A stretch of DNA of 64,000 nucleotides, from positions 1,474 to 65,473 of the forward strand of contig CBFHVA010000015.1 of NCBI GenBank assembly GCA_965659415.1. Direction: 5' to 3'. Below are positions 11,804 through 23,065 of this stretch, in pieces (within the stretch, counting starts at the first letter, position 1; every line of letters starts with the position of its first letter). The notes under the pieces are model-generated. The model searched no databases. It was not told where the DNA came from and was given only the letters and a program-made list of their open reading frames with translations. The position numbers and the translations under genes are program-made. This stretch comes from Phaeocystidibacter sp. GTDB lineage: Bacteria > Bacteroidota > Bacteroidia > Flavobacteriales > Schleiferiaceae.

Positions 11804-11811
11804 CAAAGATA
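11804..11811 (-). promoter_or_regulatory. possible -7 box for carA-eno-gltA
   Basis: Minus strand TATCTTTG matches TAnnTTTG exactly, 23 nt upstream of the carA ATG. No convincing -33 element. Confidence 0.3.
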
Positions 11812-11817
11812 CAAGCC

Positions 11818-11853
11818 AAAAAAAAAGGATAAGACCTAAGTCCTATCCTTTTT
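11818..11853 (-). terminator. rho-independent terminator after rplQ
   Basis: Minus strand: AAAGGATA...TATCCTTT stem followed by T9. An A-run on the other side makes it formally bidirectional. Confidence 0.6.
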
Positions 11854-11880
11854 ATCTATAAAGCGAATGTCATCCAATGA

Positions 11881-12423
11881 TCACTCACCTTTCTTCTCTT
11901 CAGTAGCTTCAGACGCAGTGTCATCTGCCTTGTTGTCAACTTCTTCTGCCTTTTCAGCAACCGCTTCTTCAGCTTTAACTTCTTCAGCAGGAGCAGCTTC
12001 AACTTTCTTACCCGCGCGGCGAGTAGACTTCTTCTTAGCTTTCTTCTTCTCGTTAGAGTAGAGGTCATTGAAGTCAACCAACTCAATCATCGCCATTTCG
12101 GCATTATCACCTAAACGGTTACCGGTTTTGATGATGCGAGTGTATCCGCCAGGACGGTCACCAACTTTCACGCTCACTTCGCGGAAAAGCTCAGTAACGG
12201 CGCTCTTATTCTGGAGGTAGCGGAACACAATACGACGATTATGCGTGCTGTCCTCTTTTGAACGAGTGATCAAAGGCTCAACGTACTTCTTTAACTCGCG
12301 TGCCTTGGCCACGGTTGTGTTGATGCGTTTGTGTTCGATCAACGAGCAAGCCATATTCGAAAGCATTGCTTTACGGTGAGCTGACTTTCTGCCCAAGTGA
12401 TTGAATTTCTTACCGTGTCTCAT
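11881..12423 (-). CDS. rplQ: 50S ribosomal protein L17 with a charged C-terminal tail
   Basis: [21 protein letters not shown] start and the L17 core, followed by ~60 aa of Lys-rich then Ala/Glu-rich low complexity. Confidence 0.95.
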   Translation of the reverse strand: MRHGKKFNHLGRKSAHRKAMLSNMACSLIEHKRINTTVAKARELKKYVEPLITRSKEDSTHNRRIVFRYLQNKSAVTELFREVSVKVGDRPGGYTRIIKTGNRLGDNAEMAMIELVDFNDLYSNEKKKAKKKSTRRAGKKVEAAPAEEVKAEEAVAEKAEEVDNKADDTASEATEEKKGE

Positions 12424-12429
12424 TCTCTT

Positions 12430-13422
12430 TTACTCCTTGTCCAATTTATACTTAGAAATGTCCATTCCAAACTCCAAGCCCTTGTTCTGTACAAGCTCGT
12501 CGAGTTCAGTGAGCGACTTCTTACCGAAGTTTCTGAACTTCATCAAGTCAGCTTTCGTGTAAGTTACAAGGTCACCCAATGTATCTACTTCAGCTGCCTT
12601 CAAGCAGTTCAATGCGCGAACAGACAAGTCAAGGTCTGTAAGCTTCGTCTTGAGCAACTGACGCATGTGAAGGATTTCTTCATCATAGGTATCTGTCTCC
12701 TTGCTTTCTTGATCTTCAAGCGTGATACGCTCATCACTGAAGAGCATGAAGTGGTGGATCAAGATGTTTGATGCATCCGTCAAAGCTTCTTTAGGATGAA
12801 TAGAACCGTCAGTAACGATTTCAATCAAAAGCTTTTCGTAGTCTGTTTTTTGCTCAACACGAAAGTTCTCAATACTGTAACGAACGTTCTTGATAGGCGT
12901 GTAAATAGAATCGATAGCAATCGTACCCATTGCAGCGTCTACCTTTTTGTTCTCTTCAGCTGGAACATAACCACGACCTTTATCGATGGTCAATTCCATT
13001 TCGATCTTCACGCTTGAATCCATGTGGCAGATTACCAAGTCAGGATTCAACACTTGGAAAGCGTTGATGGTACGGGCGATATCGCCAGCAGTAAGTGTGT
13101 CTTTTCCAGATACACTCACTTTAACCGTTTCGCTCTCTTGATCTTCGATTTGGCGCTTGAAGCGAACTTGCTTCAAGTTCAAGACGATTTCGGTAACGTC
13201 CTCAACCACACCTTTGATAGTTGAGAATTCGTGCTCAACACCGCTGATTTTCACAGATGTGAAAGCGAAACCCTCAAGAGAGGACAAAAGTACGCGGCGT
13301 AACGCGTTTCCGATAGTCAAACCATAACCGGGCTCAAGTGGACGGAATTCGAACTGACCTTCAGTTTCGGTCGAAGAATTCATGATAACCTTGTCCGGCT
13401 TCTGGAAATTCAGGATAGCCAT
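12430..13422 (-). CDS. rpoA: DNA-directed RNA polymerase alpha subunit
   Basis: [10 protein letters not shown] start chosen (the ORF track begins 2 codons earlier, at 13428). N-terminal dimerisation domain and C-terminal [12 protein letters not shown] (alpha-CTD HhH). Confidence 0.95.
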   Translation of the reverse strand: MAILNFQKPDKVIMNSSTETEGQFEFRPLEPGYGLTIGNALRRVLLSSLEGFAFTSVKISGVEHEFSTIKGVVEDVTEIVLNLKQVRFKRQIEDQESETVKVSVSGKDTLTAGDIARTINAFQVLNPDLVICHMDSSVKIEMELTIDKGRGYVPAEENKKVDAAMGTIAIDSIYTPIKNVRYSIENFRVEQKTDYEKLLIEIVTDGSIHPKEALTDASNILIHHFMLFSDERITLEDQESKETDTYDEEILHMRQLLKTKLTDLDLSVRALNCLKAAEVDTLGDLVTYTKADLMKFRNFGKKSLTELDELVQNKGLEFGMDISKYKLDKE

Positions 13423-13444
13423 ATGCACGATGGGGATTAAAATA

Positions 13445-14050
13445 TTATTTCGAGTACAATTCTACGATCAACTGCTCCTTGATGTTCTCAGGGATCATTA
13501 CACGCTGCGGAATGCTCACGTACGTACCAGTTAGAGTTGAATCGTTAAATTCGATCCACTCATAATCGTTGCTGCGGCTGGCCACAGCCGTTTGTACAAC
13601 TTCGAGTGACTTTGACTTTTCACGAACAGAGATTTGCTCTCCAGGCTTCACGCTGTAGCTAGGGATATTCACGATATCGCCGTTTACTACAATGTGACGG
13701 TGTCCTACAAGCTGACGTGCTGCACGACGCGTAGGAGCAAGTCCCATGCGGAATACTACGTTGTCAAGGCGTGATTCGCACAACTGCAACAATACCTCAC
13801 CGGTAATGCCCTTTGAACGAGAAGCTTTCTCGAACAAGTTGCGGAACTGGCGCTCTAGAATACCGTATGTATACTTAGCCTTTTGCTTCTCTGCCAATTG
13901 AACAGCGTATTCTGATTTCTTACCACGCTTGCGGGCGAAACCATGCTGTCCTGGAGGATACTGACGCTTCTCGTAAGAAGAATCTGGACCAAAGATAGGC
14001 TCGCCAAAGCGGCGGGCGATTTTGGTAACTGGACCTCTATATCTTGCCAT
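13445..14050 (-). CDS. rpsD: 30S ribosomal protein S4
   Basis: MARYRGPV start and an S4 RNA-binding domain ([10 protein letters not shown]). Operon position supports the call. Confidence 0.97.
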   Translation of the reverse strand: MARYRGPVTKIARRFGEPIFGPDSSYEKRQYPPGQHGFARKRGKKSEYAVQLAEKQKAKYTYGILERQFRNLFEKASRSKGITGEVLLQLCESRLDNVVFRMGLAPTRRAARQLVGHRHIVVNGDIVNIPSYSVKPGEQISVREKSKSLEVVQTAVASRSNDYEWIEFNDSTLTGTYVSIPQRVMIPENIKEQLIVELYSK

Positions 14051-14074
14051 TTCGTCGGTTCTTTTCTAATTCTA

Positions 14075-14464
14075 TTATACTCTTCTGCGCTTCGGAGGAC
14101 GGCAACCGTTATGTGGCATTGGCGTAATGTCCACGATCTCGGTAACTTCAATTCCCGAATTGTGAAGGGAACGGATAGCGCTCTCGCGACCATTACCTGG
14201 ACCTTTCACGTACACTTTAACTTTCTTCAAACCGGCTTCGCTAGCACGGCCTGCACAATCTTCCGCAGCAGTCTGAGCAGCGTAAGGAGTGTTCTTCTTT
14301 GATCCTCTAAAGCCCATTTTCCCGGCAGACGACCATGAGATCACCTGTCCGCTCGTGTTGGTTAGAGAAATAATGATGTTGTTGAAAGAAGCATTGATGT
14401 GAGCCTCCCCTACTGGGTCAACTTTTACCTTTCTCTTCTTTGATGTCTTCTGTGACTTTGCCAT
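14075..14464 (-). CDS. rpsK: 30S ribosomal protein S11
   Basis: [14 protein letters not shown] and [13 protein letters not shown] motifs. Confidence 0.97.
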   Translation of the reverse strand: MAKSQKTSKKRKVKVDPVGEAHINASFNNIIISLTNTSGQVISWSSAGKMGFRGSKKNTPYAAQTAAEDCAGRASEAGLKKVKVYVKGPGNGRESAIRSLHNSGIEVTEIVDITPMPHNGCRPPKRRRV

Positions 14465-14477
14465 AACTCCCTACGGA

Positions 14478-14855
14478 TTATTTAGTAGCCTTCTTCTTGT
14501 TTGCAACTGTCTTACGCTTACCCTTACGAGTACGTGAGTTGTTCTTCGTACGCTGACCGCGAAGTGGAAGACCCACACGGTGACGGATACCACGTTGTGA
14601 ACCAATATCCATCAAACGCTTGATGTTGAGTTGTACCTCAGAACGAAGCTCACCTTCTACGGTGTAATTGTCGGAAATCACATTACGGATAGCCGTCAAT
14701 TGGTCGTCGTTCCAATCTTGAACCTTCGTGTTGAAGTCCACTCCTGCTTCTGTGAGGATCTCACGTGCACGGCTGCGGCCAACTCCGAAGATGTAGGTCA
14801 AGCCAATCTCGCCACGCTTGTTCTTTGGTAGGTCAATACCAGCAATTCTCGCCAT
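14478..14855 (-). CDS. rpsM: 30S ribosomal protein S13
   Basis: [10 protein letters not shown] start and [19 protein letters not shown]. Confidence 0.97.
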   Translation of the reverse strand: MARIAGIDLPKNKRGEIGLTYIFGVGRSRAREILTEAGVDFNTKVQDWNDDQLTAIRNVISDNYTVEGELRSEVQLNIKRLMDIGSQRGIRHRVGLPLRGQRTKNNSRTRKGKRKTVANKKKATK

Positions 14856-14876
14856 AATTCCTTTGAATTAAATCTT

Positions 14877-14993
14877 TTAGCCCTGACGTTGTTTAAACTT
14901 CGGGTTCTTCTTGTTGATCACGTACAAGCGTCCTTTGCGACGCACAATCTTGCAATCAGCGCTTCTTTTTTTAATAGAGGCTCTAACTTTCAT
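14877..14993 (-). CDS. rpmJ: 50S ribosomal protein L36 (Cys-poor form)
   Basis: Hand-translated minus strand: [38 protein letters not shown] (38 aa). Below the ORF-track length cutoff. Sits between infA and rpsM as expected. Confidence 0.95.
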   Translation of the reverse strand: MKVRASIKKRSADCKIVRRKGRLYVINKKNPKFKQRQG

Positions 14994-15005
14994 TGCTCTA
15001 GTGTT

Positions 15006-15221
15006 TTAGTATCGATAAACGATACGTCCTTTCGTCAAATCGTATGGGCTCAATTCGAGCTTTACTTTATCGCCTGGAAGAAGCTTGATGTAGTGCATCC
15101 GCATCTTTCCAGAAATGTGTGCTGTAACAACGTGTCCGTTCTCTAGCTCTACGCGGAACATCGCATTTGACAATGCTTCAGTGATAGATCCGTCTTGTTC
15201 AATTGCACCTTGCTTTGCCAT
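15006..15221 (-). CDS. infA: translation initiation factor IF-1
   Basis: 71 aa. [21 protein letters not shown]1-like fold. Confidence 0.97.
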   Translation of the reverse strand: MAKQGAIEQDGSITEALSNAMFRVELENGHVVTAHISGKMRMHYIKLLPGDKVKLELSPYDLTKGRIVYRY

Positions 15222-15223
15222 GA

Positions 15224-16573
15224 TTACATTACGTTAGCAGTTGAACGACCTTTCAAACGACCACTCTTCATCAAACCGTCGTAATGACGATTCAACAAGT
15301 AACTTTCGATTTGCATCAAGGTGTCTAATACCACACCTACGATAATCAAAAGTGATGTACCTCCATAGAACTGAGCCCACTGCGTAGTAAGTCCAGTCTG
15401 CATCGCGAAAGCTGGCAAAATAGCAAGCAAAGCAAGCAAGATGGAACCCGGCAGGGTGATACGACTCAAAATCTCATCGAGATATTCCGCAGTAGCTCTA
15501 CCTGGCTTAATACCCGGTACAAAACCACCGTTTCTTTTCAAATCATCTGCAATGTTGTTGGTATTCACCTGAATTGCAGTGTAGAAGTATGTGAAGAGGA
15601 TAATCAAGATGGCAAACACGAGGTTGTACCAGAAACCTTGAATATTCCCGAAGAACGTCACTATCCAGTTGGCTCCTTCCGCACTGTCACCACCCGTAAA
15701 GCTGGCAACCGTAACTGGAATGAACATGATAGCCTGAGCGAAGATGATAGGCATTACACCTGAAGCATTCACTCGCAATGGCAAGTAGTCACGTCCCAAA
15801 GGGCGACCTGCAATAGGACCACCTGCGGCCGTGCGCTTGGCATATTGCAAAGGCACTTTGCGGACTGCCTGAGTGAGAGCGATGGCAAACATCACTACCA
15901 AGTACATTACGGCAATCTCGATTACAATAACTACCAATCCACCAGTACCTCCACTCATCTTCGAGTTGATCTCTTGCAAGAATGAGGAAGGCAGTGAAGC
16001 AATAATACCGATCATGATGAGAAGGGAAATACCGTTTCCGATTCCCTTATCAGTGATGCGCTCACCCAACCACATCGCAAAGATGGTTCCCGCGATAAGC
16101 GTGATGATGGCCAATGGCCAGAAGATAGCAGGGTCCATAGTAGACTGAACCTGCTGGTTCACGAGGTTAGTTACGTAACCAGGAGCCTGAACCGCACAAA
16201 TTGCGATTGTGAGGTAGCGAGTCATTTGAGTGATCTTTTGACGACCACTCTCGCCATCCTTCTGTAGCTTTTGGATAGAAGGAACCGCTAGGCCTAATAA
16301 CTGAATAACGATGGATGCAGAAATGTATGGCATGATGCCCAATGCCAAAACCGAAGCGTTGGCAAATGCACCACCTGTGAATGCGTTCAACAATCCAAGG
16401 ATACCTCCATCGGTTTGATTCTGCAAGTTTTCTAAACTCGCGATATCAACACCTGGGAGAGGCACATTGGAACCTACACGGTAGATAAGAAGCAAACCCA
16501 GAGTAAGGAGAATCTTCTCACGAAGCTCCTCAATCTTCCAGATATTCTGCAGTGTATCGATAAACTTTTTCAT
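15224..16573 (-). CDS. secY: preprotein translocase subunit SecY
   Basis: 449 aa and multi-[16 protein letters not shown] and GNGISLLI motifs. Confidence 0.97.
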   Translation of the reverse strand: MKKFIDTLQNIWKIEELREKILLTLGLLLIYRVGSNVPLPGVDIASLENLQNQTDGGILGLLNAFTGGAFANASVLALGIMPYISASIVIQLLGLAVPSIQKLQKDGESGRQKITQMTRYLTIAICAVQAPGYVTNLVNQQVQSTMDPAIFWPLAIITLIAGTIFAMWLGERITDKGIGNGISLLIMIGIIASLPSSFLQEINSKMSGGTGGLVVIVIEIAVMYLVVMFAIALTQAVRKVPLQYAKRTAAGGPIAGRPLGRDYLPLRVNASGVMPIIFAQAIMFIPVTVASFTGGDSAEGANWIVTFFGNIQGFWYNLVFAILIILFTYFYTAIQVNTNNIADDLKRNGGFVPGIKPGRATAEYLDEILSRITLPGSILLALLAILPAFAMQTGLTTQWAQFYGGTSLLIIVGVVLDTLMQIESYLLNRHYDGLMKSGRLKGRSTANVM

Positions 16574-16588
16574 GCGTTATTCGTGCGC

Positions 16589-17038
16589 TTATAGCGTTTC
16601 GGCAGCTCCGCCTTGAGCTTCAATTGCCGCTTTTGCAATTTTACTAAACTTGTTCGCCTTTACAGTCAATTTGGCTTTCAATTCACCACGACCGAGGATT
16701 TTGATCAAGTCGTTCTTATCGGCCAAACCGTTGGCGATCAAAACTTCTTTATCAATAGAATCCTTAACTTTCTTGGCGTCAACCAATGCTTGCAAGGCAT
16801 CCAAGTTAATAGAGCGGTACTCTACGCGATTGATGTTCTTAAAACCGAACTTCGGAACGCGACGTTGAAGTGGCATTTGACCCCCTTCAAAACCGATCTT
16901 GCGCGAGTAACCGGAGCGTGACTTCGCTCCTTTGTGACCTCGAGTAGCAGTACCACCTTTGCCAGTACCTTCACCGCGACCTACGCGCTTGCTGTTGTGT
17001 GTTGAACCCGATGCGGGCTTCAGATTACTAAGATCCAT
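16589..17038 (-). CDS. rplO: 50S ribosomal protein L15
   Basis: L15 N-terminus: KRVGRGEGTGKGGTATRGHKG. Confidence 0.97.
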   Translation of the reverse strand: MDLSNLKPASGSTHNSKRVGRGEGTGKGGTATRGHKGAKSRSGYSRKIGFEGGQMPLQRRVPKFGFKNINRVEYRSINLDALQALVDAKKVKDSIDKEVLIANGLADKNDLIKILGRGELKAKLTVKANKFSKIAKAAIEAQGGAAETL

Positions 17039-17061
17039 TTCTTCGATCCTTTATTCGGTTG

Positions 17062-17244
17062 TTACTGTACTTCTTCGACAGTTATAAGGTGCGCTACACG
17101 AGCGATCATACCTTTAATTTGATCTGTAGATTCGTGCTCTACAGTTTGGTTCATCTTGCGCAATCCAAGAGCTTCAAGCGTTCTCTTTTGGCGACCTGGA
17201 CGGTTAATAGCGCTGCGAACTTGGGTGATCTTTACTTTTGACAT
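17062..17244 (-). CDS. rpmD: 50S ribosomal protein L30
   Basis: 60 aa. KITQVRSAINRPGRQKRTLEALGL. Confidence 0.95.
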   Translation of the reverse strand: MSKVKITQVRSAINRPGRQKRTLEALGLRKMNQTVEHESTDQIKGMIARVAHLITVEEVQ

Positions 17245-17263
17245 CTCTCTGTACTATTATGGA

Positions 17264-17788
17264 TCAACCGTTGAACACTTTCTCTACACTTACACCGCGC
17301 TGACGAGCTACTTCGCGAGCATCGCGCATATTGAGAAGAGCAACGAATGTTGCCTTCACCAAGTTGTGTGGGTTTGAAGAACCCTTCGACTTGGCCAATA
17401 CGTCGTGCACACCAGCACTCTCCAACACGTGACGCATTGCACCACCAGCAATTACACCGGTACCGTGGGCAGCGGGGCGCAAAAATACACGAGCGCCACC
17501 AAACTTCCCACTTTCTTCGTGAGGAACTGTAGTTCCATTCAACGGAATGCGGTAAAGATTCTTCTTCGCGTCCTCAATGCCTTTGGTAATTGCTTCAGAA
17601 ACTTCTTTGGACTTACCCAAACCGTATCCGGCGATACCGTTCTCATTTCCAACAACCACCATCGCTGAGAAAGCGAAAGTACGTCCACCTTTAGTTACCT
17701 TGGTTACACGCTGGATACCTACGAGGCGATCCACGAGTTCCAAACCTGATGGCTTAACGGTCTTTGCGTTTTTAACTCCTTTCAACAT
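17264..17788 (-). CDS. rpsE: 30S ribosomal protein S5
   Basis: [12 protein letters not shown]-type dsRBD and [11 protein letters not shown]. Confidence 0.97.
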   Translation of the reverse strand: MLKGVKNAKTVKPSGLELVDRLVGIQRVTKVTKGGRTFAFSAMVVVGNENGIAGYGLGKSKEVSEAITKGIEDAKKNLYRIPLNGTTVPHEESGKFGGARVFLRPAAHGTGVIAGGAMRHVLESAGVHDVLAKSKGSSNPHNLVKATFVALLNMRDAREVARQRGVSVEKVFNG

Positions 17789-17794
17789 GGTCTA

Positions 17795-18151
17795 TTAGAA
17801 TTTGAGTCCAGCTTCTCTAGCACCTTCGGCCAAAGACTTGACACGTCCGTGATACAAATAACCTCCGCGGTCAAATGCACAGGTTTTGATTCCTTGCTCC
17901 ATCGCTTTCTCGGCAATTGTCTTACCTACAAGCTTAGCTCTTTCTGTCTTTGTTCCTTCTGCACCTTGGATTGACTTGTCCAAAGATGAAGCAGCAACGA
18001 TAGTCTTTCCGCTTACGTCGTCGATCAACTGAGCGTAGATCTCCTTGTTTGAACGGAAAACGGCCAAACGTGGGCTTTCCGAGCTACCCGCAACATCTTT
18101 GCGGATGCGGCGGCGGATACGATTTCTTCTTTCGATCTTAGTGAGTGCCAT
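17795..18151 (-). CDS. rplR: 50S ribosomal protein L18
   Basis: [18 protein letters not shown] and [13 protein letters not shown]. Confidence 0.97.
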   Translation of the reverse strand: MALTKIERRNRIRRRIRKDVAGSSESPRLAVFRSNKEIYAQLIDDVSGKTIVAASSLDKSIQGAEGTKTERAKLVGKTIAEKAMEQGIKTCAFDRGGYLYHGRVKSLAEGAREAGLKF

Positions 18152-18158
18152 TACCTAC

Positions 18159-18716
18159 TTATTTTTTAGCAGCGGATTTACCAGCTTTTCTGCGGATGTG
18201 CTCACCCACGAAGCGAATACCTTTTCCTTTGTAAGGCTCAGGCTTGCGGAACGAGCGAATCTTAGCTGCAACAGCTCCGAGAAGCTGCTTATCATGTGAT
18301 GAAAGAGTGATAAGAGGATTCTTACCTTTCTCTGATTTAGTTTCAATCTTGATTTCCTTCGGCAACTCAAACATGATATTGTGAGAGTAACCAACTGAAA
18401 TATCGAGCAACTGGCCTTGGTTAGAAGCGCGGTAACCCACACCTACCAGCTCGAGTTCTTTTTTGAACCCTTCTGTAACACCAATTACCATATTGTTGAT
18501 CAGAGCGCGATACAAACCGTGCTGTGCACGAGTCTTCTTTTCTTCATTCTCGCGATCAACTACCAGCGTACCCTCTTCCATCTTTGCAGAGATAGCCGGA
18601 TCAGCGATAACTTGAGTCAATTCACCCAACTTACCTTTTACAGAAACAACGTTACCGTTGATCTGAATCTCGACCCCTTCGGGAACAGTGATTGGAGCTT
18701 TACCTATCCTTGACAT
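18159..18716 (-). CDS. rplF: 50S ribosomal protein L6
   Basis: MSRIGKAPITVPEGV start and PEPYKGKGIRF. Confidence 0.97.
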   Translation of the reverse strand: MSRIGKAPITVPEGVEIQINGNVVSVKGKLGELTQVIADPAISAKMEEGTLVVDRENEEKKTRAQHGLYRALINNMVIGVTEGFKKELELVGVGYRASNQGQLLDISVGYSHNIMFELPKEIKIETKSEKGKNPLITLSSHDKQLLGAVAAKIRSFRKPEPYKGKGIRFVGEHIRRKAGKSAAKK

Positions 18717-18734
18717 GGTCTAATTCTTTGCTGT

Positions 18735-19136
18735 TTAATAAACGTAGCACAATACTTCTCCACCCACCTTGTTGGCACGAGCTTGCTTGTCCGTCATCAC
18801 TCCTTGCGAAGTGCTTAGGATAGCGATACCCAAACCATTCTTCACGCGTGGAAGAGAGTCTGAATTCGAATACTGACGCAAGCCTGGCTTAGACACGCGC
18901 TGCAAACCGCGGAAAGCAGGTTGCTTAGTAGCCGCATCGTACTTCAAGGCCACCTTGATGGTACCTTGTGGACCTTCGTCTTCTGCTACTTTATAACTCA
19001 AGGCATATCCTTGATCTACCAAAATCTTAGTCATCTCAATCTTCAAGTTTGAAGATGGAATCTCCACCACTCTGTGGCCGGCTTTGGCAGCGTTCCTGAT
19101 ACGAGTCAGGAAATCGGCGATTGGATCTGTGATCAT
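18735..19136 (-). CDS. rpsH: 30S ribosomal protein S8
   Basis: DPIADFLTRIRNA and GGEVLCYVY end. Confidence 0.97.
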   Translation of the reverse strand: MITDPIADFLTRIRNAAKAGHRVVEIPSSNLKIEMTKILVDQGYALSYKVAEDEGPQGTIKVALKYDAATKQPAFRGLQRVSKPGLRQYSNSDSLPRVKNGLGIAILSTSQGVMTDKQARANKVGGEVLCYVY

Positions 19137-19155
19137 CTCTTTCGCTTTATTCTAT

Positions 19156-19425
19156 TTACCAACTTGCTTTCTTCACTCCTGGGATAAGCCCCTTATTGGC
19201 CATCTCACGGAACATAACACGAGACACGCCAAACTGACGCATGTATCCGCGTGGACGTCCTGTCAATTTGCAACGGTTGTGCAAACGAACCGGAGAAGCG
19301 TTCTTAGGAAGCTTTTGAAGTGCTTCGTAATCACCAGCTTCTTTTAGTGCTTGACGCTTTTCAGCGTACTTGTCTACAAGTTTCTGACGCTTGACCTCGC
19401 GGGCCTTCATTGATTCTTTAGCCAT
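19156..19425 (-). CDS. rpsN: 30S ribosomal protein S14 (long, non-zinc form)
   Basis: 89 aa. [24 protein letters not shown]. Confidence 0.95.
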   Translation of the reverse strand: MAKESMKAREVKRQKLVDKYAEKRQALKEAGDYEALQKLPKNASPVRLHNRCKLTGRPRGYMRQFGVSRVMFREMANKGLIPGVKKASW

Positions 19426-19431
19426 CGTCTC

Positions 19432-19977
19432 TTACTTTTTAAAAGGTAATCCGAAAGCTTTCAACAAGGCTTTCGCCTCCTTGTCGGTCTTCGCGGTAGT
19501 TACGAATGTGATATCCATACCGGTGATGTTGTTCACCTTGTCGATTTCAATTTCAGGGAAGATGATTTGCTCTGTGATACCCAATGTATAGTTACCACGT
19601 CCGTCAAATCCGTCCTTGATGCCTTGGAAATCGCGGATACGAGGCAATGAAGCCGAGATCAAACGATCCAAGAATTCGAACATACGCTCGCTGCGCAACG
19701 TAACGCGTGCACCGATTGGCATACCCTTACGAAGTTTGAAGTTCGAGATGTCCTTTTTCGACTTGGTCATCACGGCCTTCTGTCCAGCGATAATGGTCAT
19801 TTCCTCCACCGCATATTCAATCATCTTCTTGTCAGCTACAGCCGCGCCAATACCTTGGCTAAGAACGATCTTCTGCAAACGAGGAACCTCCATGTGGTTC
19901 TTGTAACCAAACTCTTCTGTAAGAGCTTGTACAATATTCTCGCGGTAAACGCTTTTAAGTCTTGGTGTCATATCCAT
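19432..19977 (-). CDS. rplE: 50S ribosomal protein L5
   Basis: [12 protein letters not shown] and [13 protein letters not shown]. Start overlaps the rplX stop by 1 nt. An alternative ATG lies at 19971. Confidence 0.95.
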   Translation of the reverse strand: MDMTPRLKSVYRENIVQALTEEFGYKNHMEVPRLQKIVLSQGIGAAVADKKMIEYAVEEMTIIAGQKAVMTKSKKDISNFKLRKGMPIGARVTLRSERMFEFLDRLISASLPRIRDFQGIKDGFDGRGNYTLGITEQIIFPEIEIDKVNNITGMDITFVTTAKTDKEAKALLKAFGLPFKK

Positions 19978-20294
19978 TACTTGATTACCTCTCCTGATTT
20001 CTTCGCATAACGAACCATCTTGCCATCTTCGAGACGACGTCCGATACGAGTTGGAGTATTCTCCTTCGGATCTACCAACATCAAGTTAGAGATATGGATA
20101 GGAGCCTCCATTTTAACAATACCCCCTTGTGGGTTAGAAGCACTAGGCTTCTGGTGCTTAGATACCATGTTCACGCCTTCTACGACGGCACGGTTTTGCT
20201 TTGGGATCATGCGGATCACGCGACCGGTTTGCCCTTTCGAGTTACCAGCTACAACTTGTACGTTGTCTCCCTTTCTGATGTGAAACTTTGCCAT
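19977..20294 (-). CDS. rplX: 50S ribosomal protein L24
   Basis: Start trimmed to [12 protein letters not shown], because the ORF-track start at 20342 would overlap rplN. KOW motif present. Confidence 0.93.
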   Translation of the reverse strand: MAKFHIRKGDNVQVVAGNSKGQTGRVIRMIPKQNRAVVEGVNMVSKHQKPSASNPQGGIVKMEAPIHISNLMLVDPKENTPTRIGRRLEDGKMVRYAKKSGEVIK

Positions 20295-20313
20295 TGCTTC
20301 TCTCATTATTCGA

Positions 20314-20682
20314 TTAAAGCACCTCAGGCGCAAGTGATACAATCTTCATGAATTGACGATCGCGTAGCTCACGAGCTACTGGACCGAACACGCGTGTTCC
20401 ACGCATTTCACCTGTAGCACCCAAAAGAACGCAAGCATTGTCATCGAAACGGATGTATGATCCGTCTGGACGACGCACTTCTTTCTTTGTGCGTACTACT
20501 ACTGCCGTGGAAACAGCACCCTTCTTCACGTTGCCGGAAGGAGTGGCTTGTTTAACCGAAACGACAATCTTATCGCCTACAGAAGCGTAACGACGCTTCG
20601 TGCCTCCAAGAACGCGGATGCATAGCACCTCTTTCGCTCCTGTGTTATCGGCTACTTTTAGTCTTGATTCCTGTTGTACCAT
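20314..20682 (-). CDS. rplN: 50S ribosomal protein L14
   Basis: [18 protein letters not shown] start. Confidence 0.97.
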   Translation of the reverse strand: MVQQESRLKVADNTGAKEVLCIRVLGGTKRRYASVGDKIVVSVKQATPSGNVKKGAVSTAVVVRTKKEVRRPDGSYIRFDDNACVLLGATGEMRGTRVFGPVARELRDRQFMKIVSLAPEVL

Positions 20683-20683
20683 C

Positions 20684-20944
20684 TTACTTAGCCCTTTCGA
20701 TGATTTCGACTACTCTCCACTTCTTCGTCTTGCTGAGTGGACGTGTTTCCATGATGCGCACGGTATCTCCTTCGTTGCAATCATTGGTTTCATCATGTGC
20801 ATGAAACTTCTTGCTGAAGTTGACGAACTTACCATACAATGGGTGCTTAACGCGACGCTGCACGTTCACCGTTACGGTTTTGTTCATCTTGGAGCTTGTT
20901 ACCACTCCAGTACGCTCTTTACGGAGATTTCTCTTTGTTTCCAT
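20684..20944 (-). CDS. rpsQ: 30S ribosomal protein S17
   Basis: [16 protein letters not shown] and KKWRVVEI. Confidence 0.96.
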   Translation of the reverse strand: METKRNLRKERTGVVTSSKMNKTVTVNVQRRVKHPLYGKFVNFSKKFHAHDETNDCNEGDTVRIMETRPLSKTKKWRVVEIIERAK

Positions 20945-20950
20945 CGCCTG

Positions 20951-21160
20951 TTATGCTTTTGCTTCTGAAGCCTCTTGACTTCTCTTTGCCAATTCAGTCT
21001 TGATACGAGCAACATCTTTTCGAGTGGCACGCAAAGTCATTGGATTCTCCAACGGACTGATGTGATGCGTCATTCGCATTTTGGTTAGGTTCTGTTGGAA
21101 CTCTACCAAATGCTCCTGAAGCTCCTCGGTGGTTAGACCTGTGATTTCTGACTGTTTCAT
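20951..21160 (-). CDS. rpmC: 50S ribosomal protein L29
   Basis: Start trimmed to MKQSEITGLTTEELQ, because the ORF-track start at 21175 overlaps rplP. Confidence 0.9.
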   Translation of the reverse strand: MKQSEITGLTTEELQEHLVEFQQNLTKMRMTHHISPLENPMTLRATRKDVARIKTELAKRSQEASEAKA

Positions 21161-21164
21161 CGTA

Positions 21165-21584
21165 TTAAGCTTCAAAATCTCTTCTTACAACAAACTTGGT
21201 GCGAACTGGCAACTTTTGAGCGGCCAAGCGCAAAGCCTCTTTTGCGATCTCGTAAGGAACGCCGTCGAGTTCAAAAAGCATACGACCAGGACGAACAACT
21301 GCTGCCCAGTATTCTGGTGCACCCTTACCTTTACCCATACGTACCTCAAGAGGCTTCTTAGTAATAGGCTTGTCAGGGAAAATGCGGATCCACATCTGAC
21401 CTTCACGCTTCATGTAACGCGTTGCCGCGATACGAGCTGCTTCGATCTGACGGGAAGTCATCCATACAGAATCCAAAGACTTGATTCCAAACGACCCGTA
21501 GGCCAATTGGGTACCGCGTTGGGCATTGCCCTTCATGCGGCCTTTGTGCATCTTTCTATGCTTCGTACGTTTCGGTGATAACAT
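21165..21584 (-). CDS. rplP: 50S ribosomal protein L16
   Basis: [19 protein letters not shown] start. Confidence 0.97.
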   Translation of the reverse strand: MLSPKRTKHRKMHKGRMKGNAQRGTQLAYGSFGIKSLDSVWMTSRQIEAARIAATRYMKREGQMWIRIFPDKPITKKPLEVRMGKGKGAPEYWAAVVRPGRMLFELDGVPYEIAKEALRLAAQKLPVRTKFVVRRDFEA

Positions 21585-21610
21585 CAGTACGCCGATTTAA
21601 TTTCCTCAGA

Positions 21611-22327
21611 TTATTTCTTTCCGCCTCTGCGCTTCGGACCACCTTTCTGGTTGCCTCCGCCGGCTCTCTTCACATTGCCAAGCATGTTCGATAAGTCGCG
21701 CTTACCGTATACTTCGCCTTTCATGATCCATACCTTCACTCCGATACGACCGTAAGTGGTGTGTGCTTCAGAGTGGTGATAATCGATATCAGCACGGAAT
21801 GTGTGCAATGGAGTACGTCCATCTTTGAACATCTCTGAACGAGACATTTCTGCACCATTCAAACGACCCGATACCTGAATCTTAATTCCTTCAGCTCCCA
21901 TGCGCATCGCAGCAGCAATGGCCATTTTCACGGCACGACGGAAAGATATACGTCCTTCCAACTGGCGAGCAACGCTATCGGCTACCAACTTGGCATCCAT
22001 TTCTGGTCGCTTGATCTCGAAGATGTTGATTTGAACCTCCTTCTTAGTGAGTTTCTTCAATTCTTCGCGTAGTTTATCTACCTCTTGACCACCTTTACCG
22101 ATAATGATACCCGGTCGAGCCGTAGTAATCGTTACGGTAACGAGCTTCAAGGTGCGCTCGATGATGATGCGCGATACACTGGCTTTCGTAAGGCGAGCGT
22201 AAAGGTATTCGCGGATTTTTGCGTCTTCGGCAAGCTTGTCGCCGTAGTTCTTTCCACCAAACCAATTGCTATCCCAACCTCTGATGTATCCTAGTCTGTT
22301 CCCGATAGGGTTCGTCTTTTGTCCCAT
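21611..22327 (-). CDS. rpsC: 30S ribosomal protein S3
   Basis: [13 protein letters not shown] start, KH domain and a basic GG-rich tail. Confidence 0.97.
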   Translation of the reverse strand: MGQKTNPIGNRLGYIRGWDSNWFGGKNYGDKLAEDAKIREYLYARLTKASVSRIIIERTLKLVTVTITTARPGIIIGKGGQEVDKLREELKKLTKKEVQINIFEIKRPEMDAKLVADSVARQLEGRISFRRAVKMAIAAAMRMGAEGIKIQVSGRLNGAEMSRSEMFKDGRTPLHTFRADIDYHHSEAHTTYGRIGVKVWIMKGEVYGKRDLSNMLGNVKRAGGGNQKGGPKRRGGKK

Positions 22328-22338
22328 TATCTCGTTTA

Positions 22339-22761
22339 TTAGGCTTCAGTAGTCTCGTTCACTTCAGTACTTGCGCTTCCAACCACCATGGTTACGTGGT
22401 TTGAACGCTTGCGGATGCGGTGCGCACGACCCTGCGGTGCAGGTTGAATACGCTTCAACATGCGCGCGCTGTCCACTTGAATTTCTTGAACAACCAAGTT
22501 GTTCTCTTCAATGCGCTTTCCTTCATTCTTAGCTTCCCAGTTGGCCAAGGCAGAACGAAGCAATTTCTCCAAACGACCTGCGGCCTCTTTTGGCGAATGT
22601 TGCAACATGAACATTGCCTTTTCAACTTCCACTCCACGAATCTGATCCGCTACTAAGCGCATCTTGCGAGGCGAAGTAGGACAGTTGCGCAAGCTGGCAA
22701 TCGCCTTCTCTTTCTTGGCTGCCTTCAGAGCTTCTGCTCTGTTACGTTTACGTACACCCAT
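22339..22761 (-). CDS. rplV: 50S ribosomal protein L22
   Basis: [14 protein letters not shown] and [14 protein letters not shown]. Confidence 0.96.
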   Translation of the reverse strand: MGVRKRNRAEALKAAKKEKAIASLRNCPTSPRKMRLVADQIRGVEVEKAMFMLQHSPKEAAGRLEKLLRSALANWEAKNEGKRIEENNLVVQEIQVDSARMLKRIQPAPQGRAHRIRKRSNHVTMVVGSASTEVNETTEA

Positions 22762-22773
22762 TTCGTTTGTAGA

Positions 22774-23055
22774 TTATCGTTTGCCTTTGTCCTTCTTGTT
22801 CCCGGCGTGGCCACGGAAAGTACGCGTCGGTGCGAATTCTCCTAGTTTGTGACCTACCATGTTTTCAGTTACATACACGGGCACAAATGTGCGTCCGTTG
22901 TGTACAGCGATGGTCTGACCTACAAAATCCGGAGAGATCATAGATGCACGAGACCAAGTCTTAACTACGGTCTTCTTGCCAGACTCAACATTTGCGAGAA
23001 CTTTCTTCTCGAGCTTGTAGTGGATGTAAGGTCCCTTTTTTAGCGAACGAGCCAT
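22774..23055 (-). CDS. rpsS: 30S ribosomal protein S19
   Basis: [10 protein letters not shown] start and [13 protein letters not shown]. Confidence 0.97.
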   Translation of the reverse strand: MARSLKKGPYIHYKLEKKVLANVESGKKTVVKTWSRASMISPDFVGQTIAVHNGRTFVPVYVTENMVGHKLGEFAPTRTFRGHAGNKKDKGKR

Positions 23056-23065
23056 ATCCTCTTAA

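Noticed and set aside
14877-14993. L36 with a single Cys, and the long non-zinc S14, as unusual zinc-free ribosomal paralogs
   Set aside because: These Cys-poor forms are, to my knowledge, the standard versions in this phylum. Each is the only copy in the operon, so there is no sign of a zinc-starvation paralog switch.
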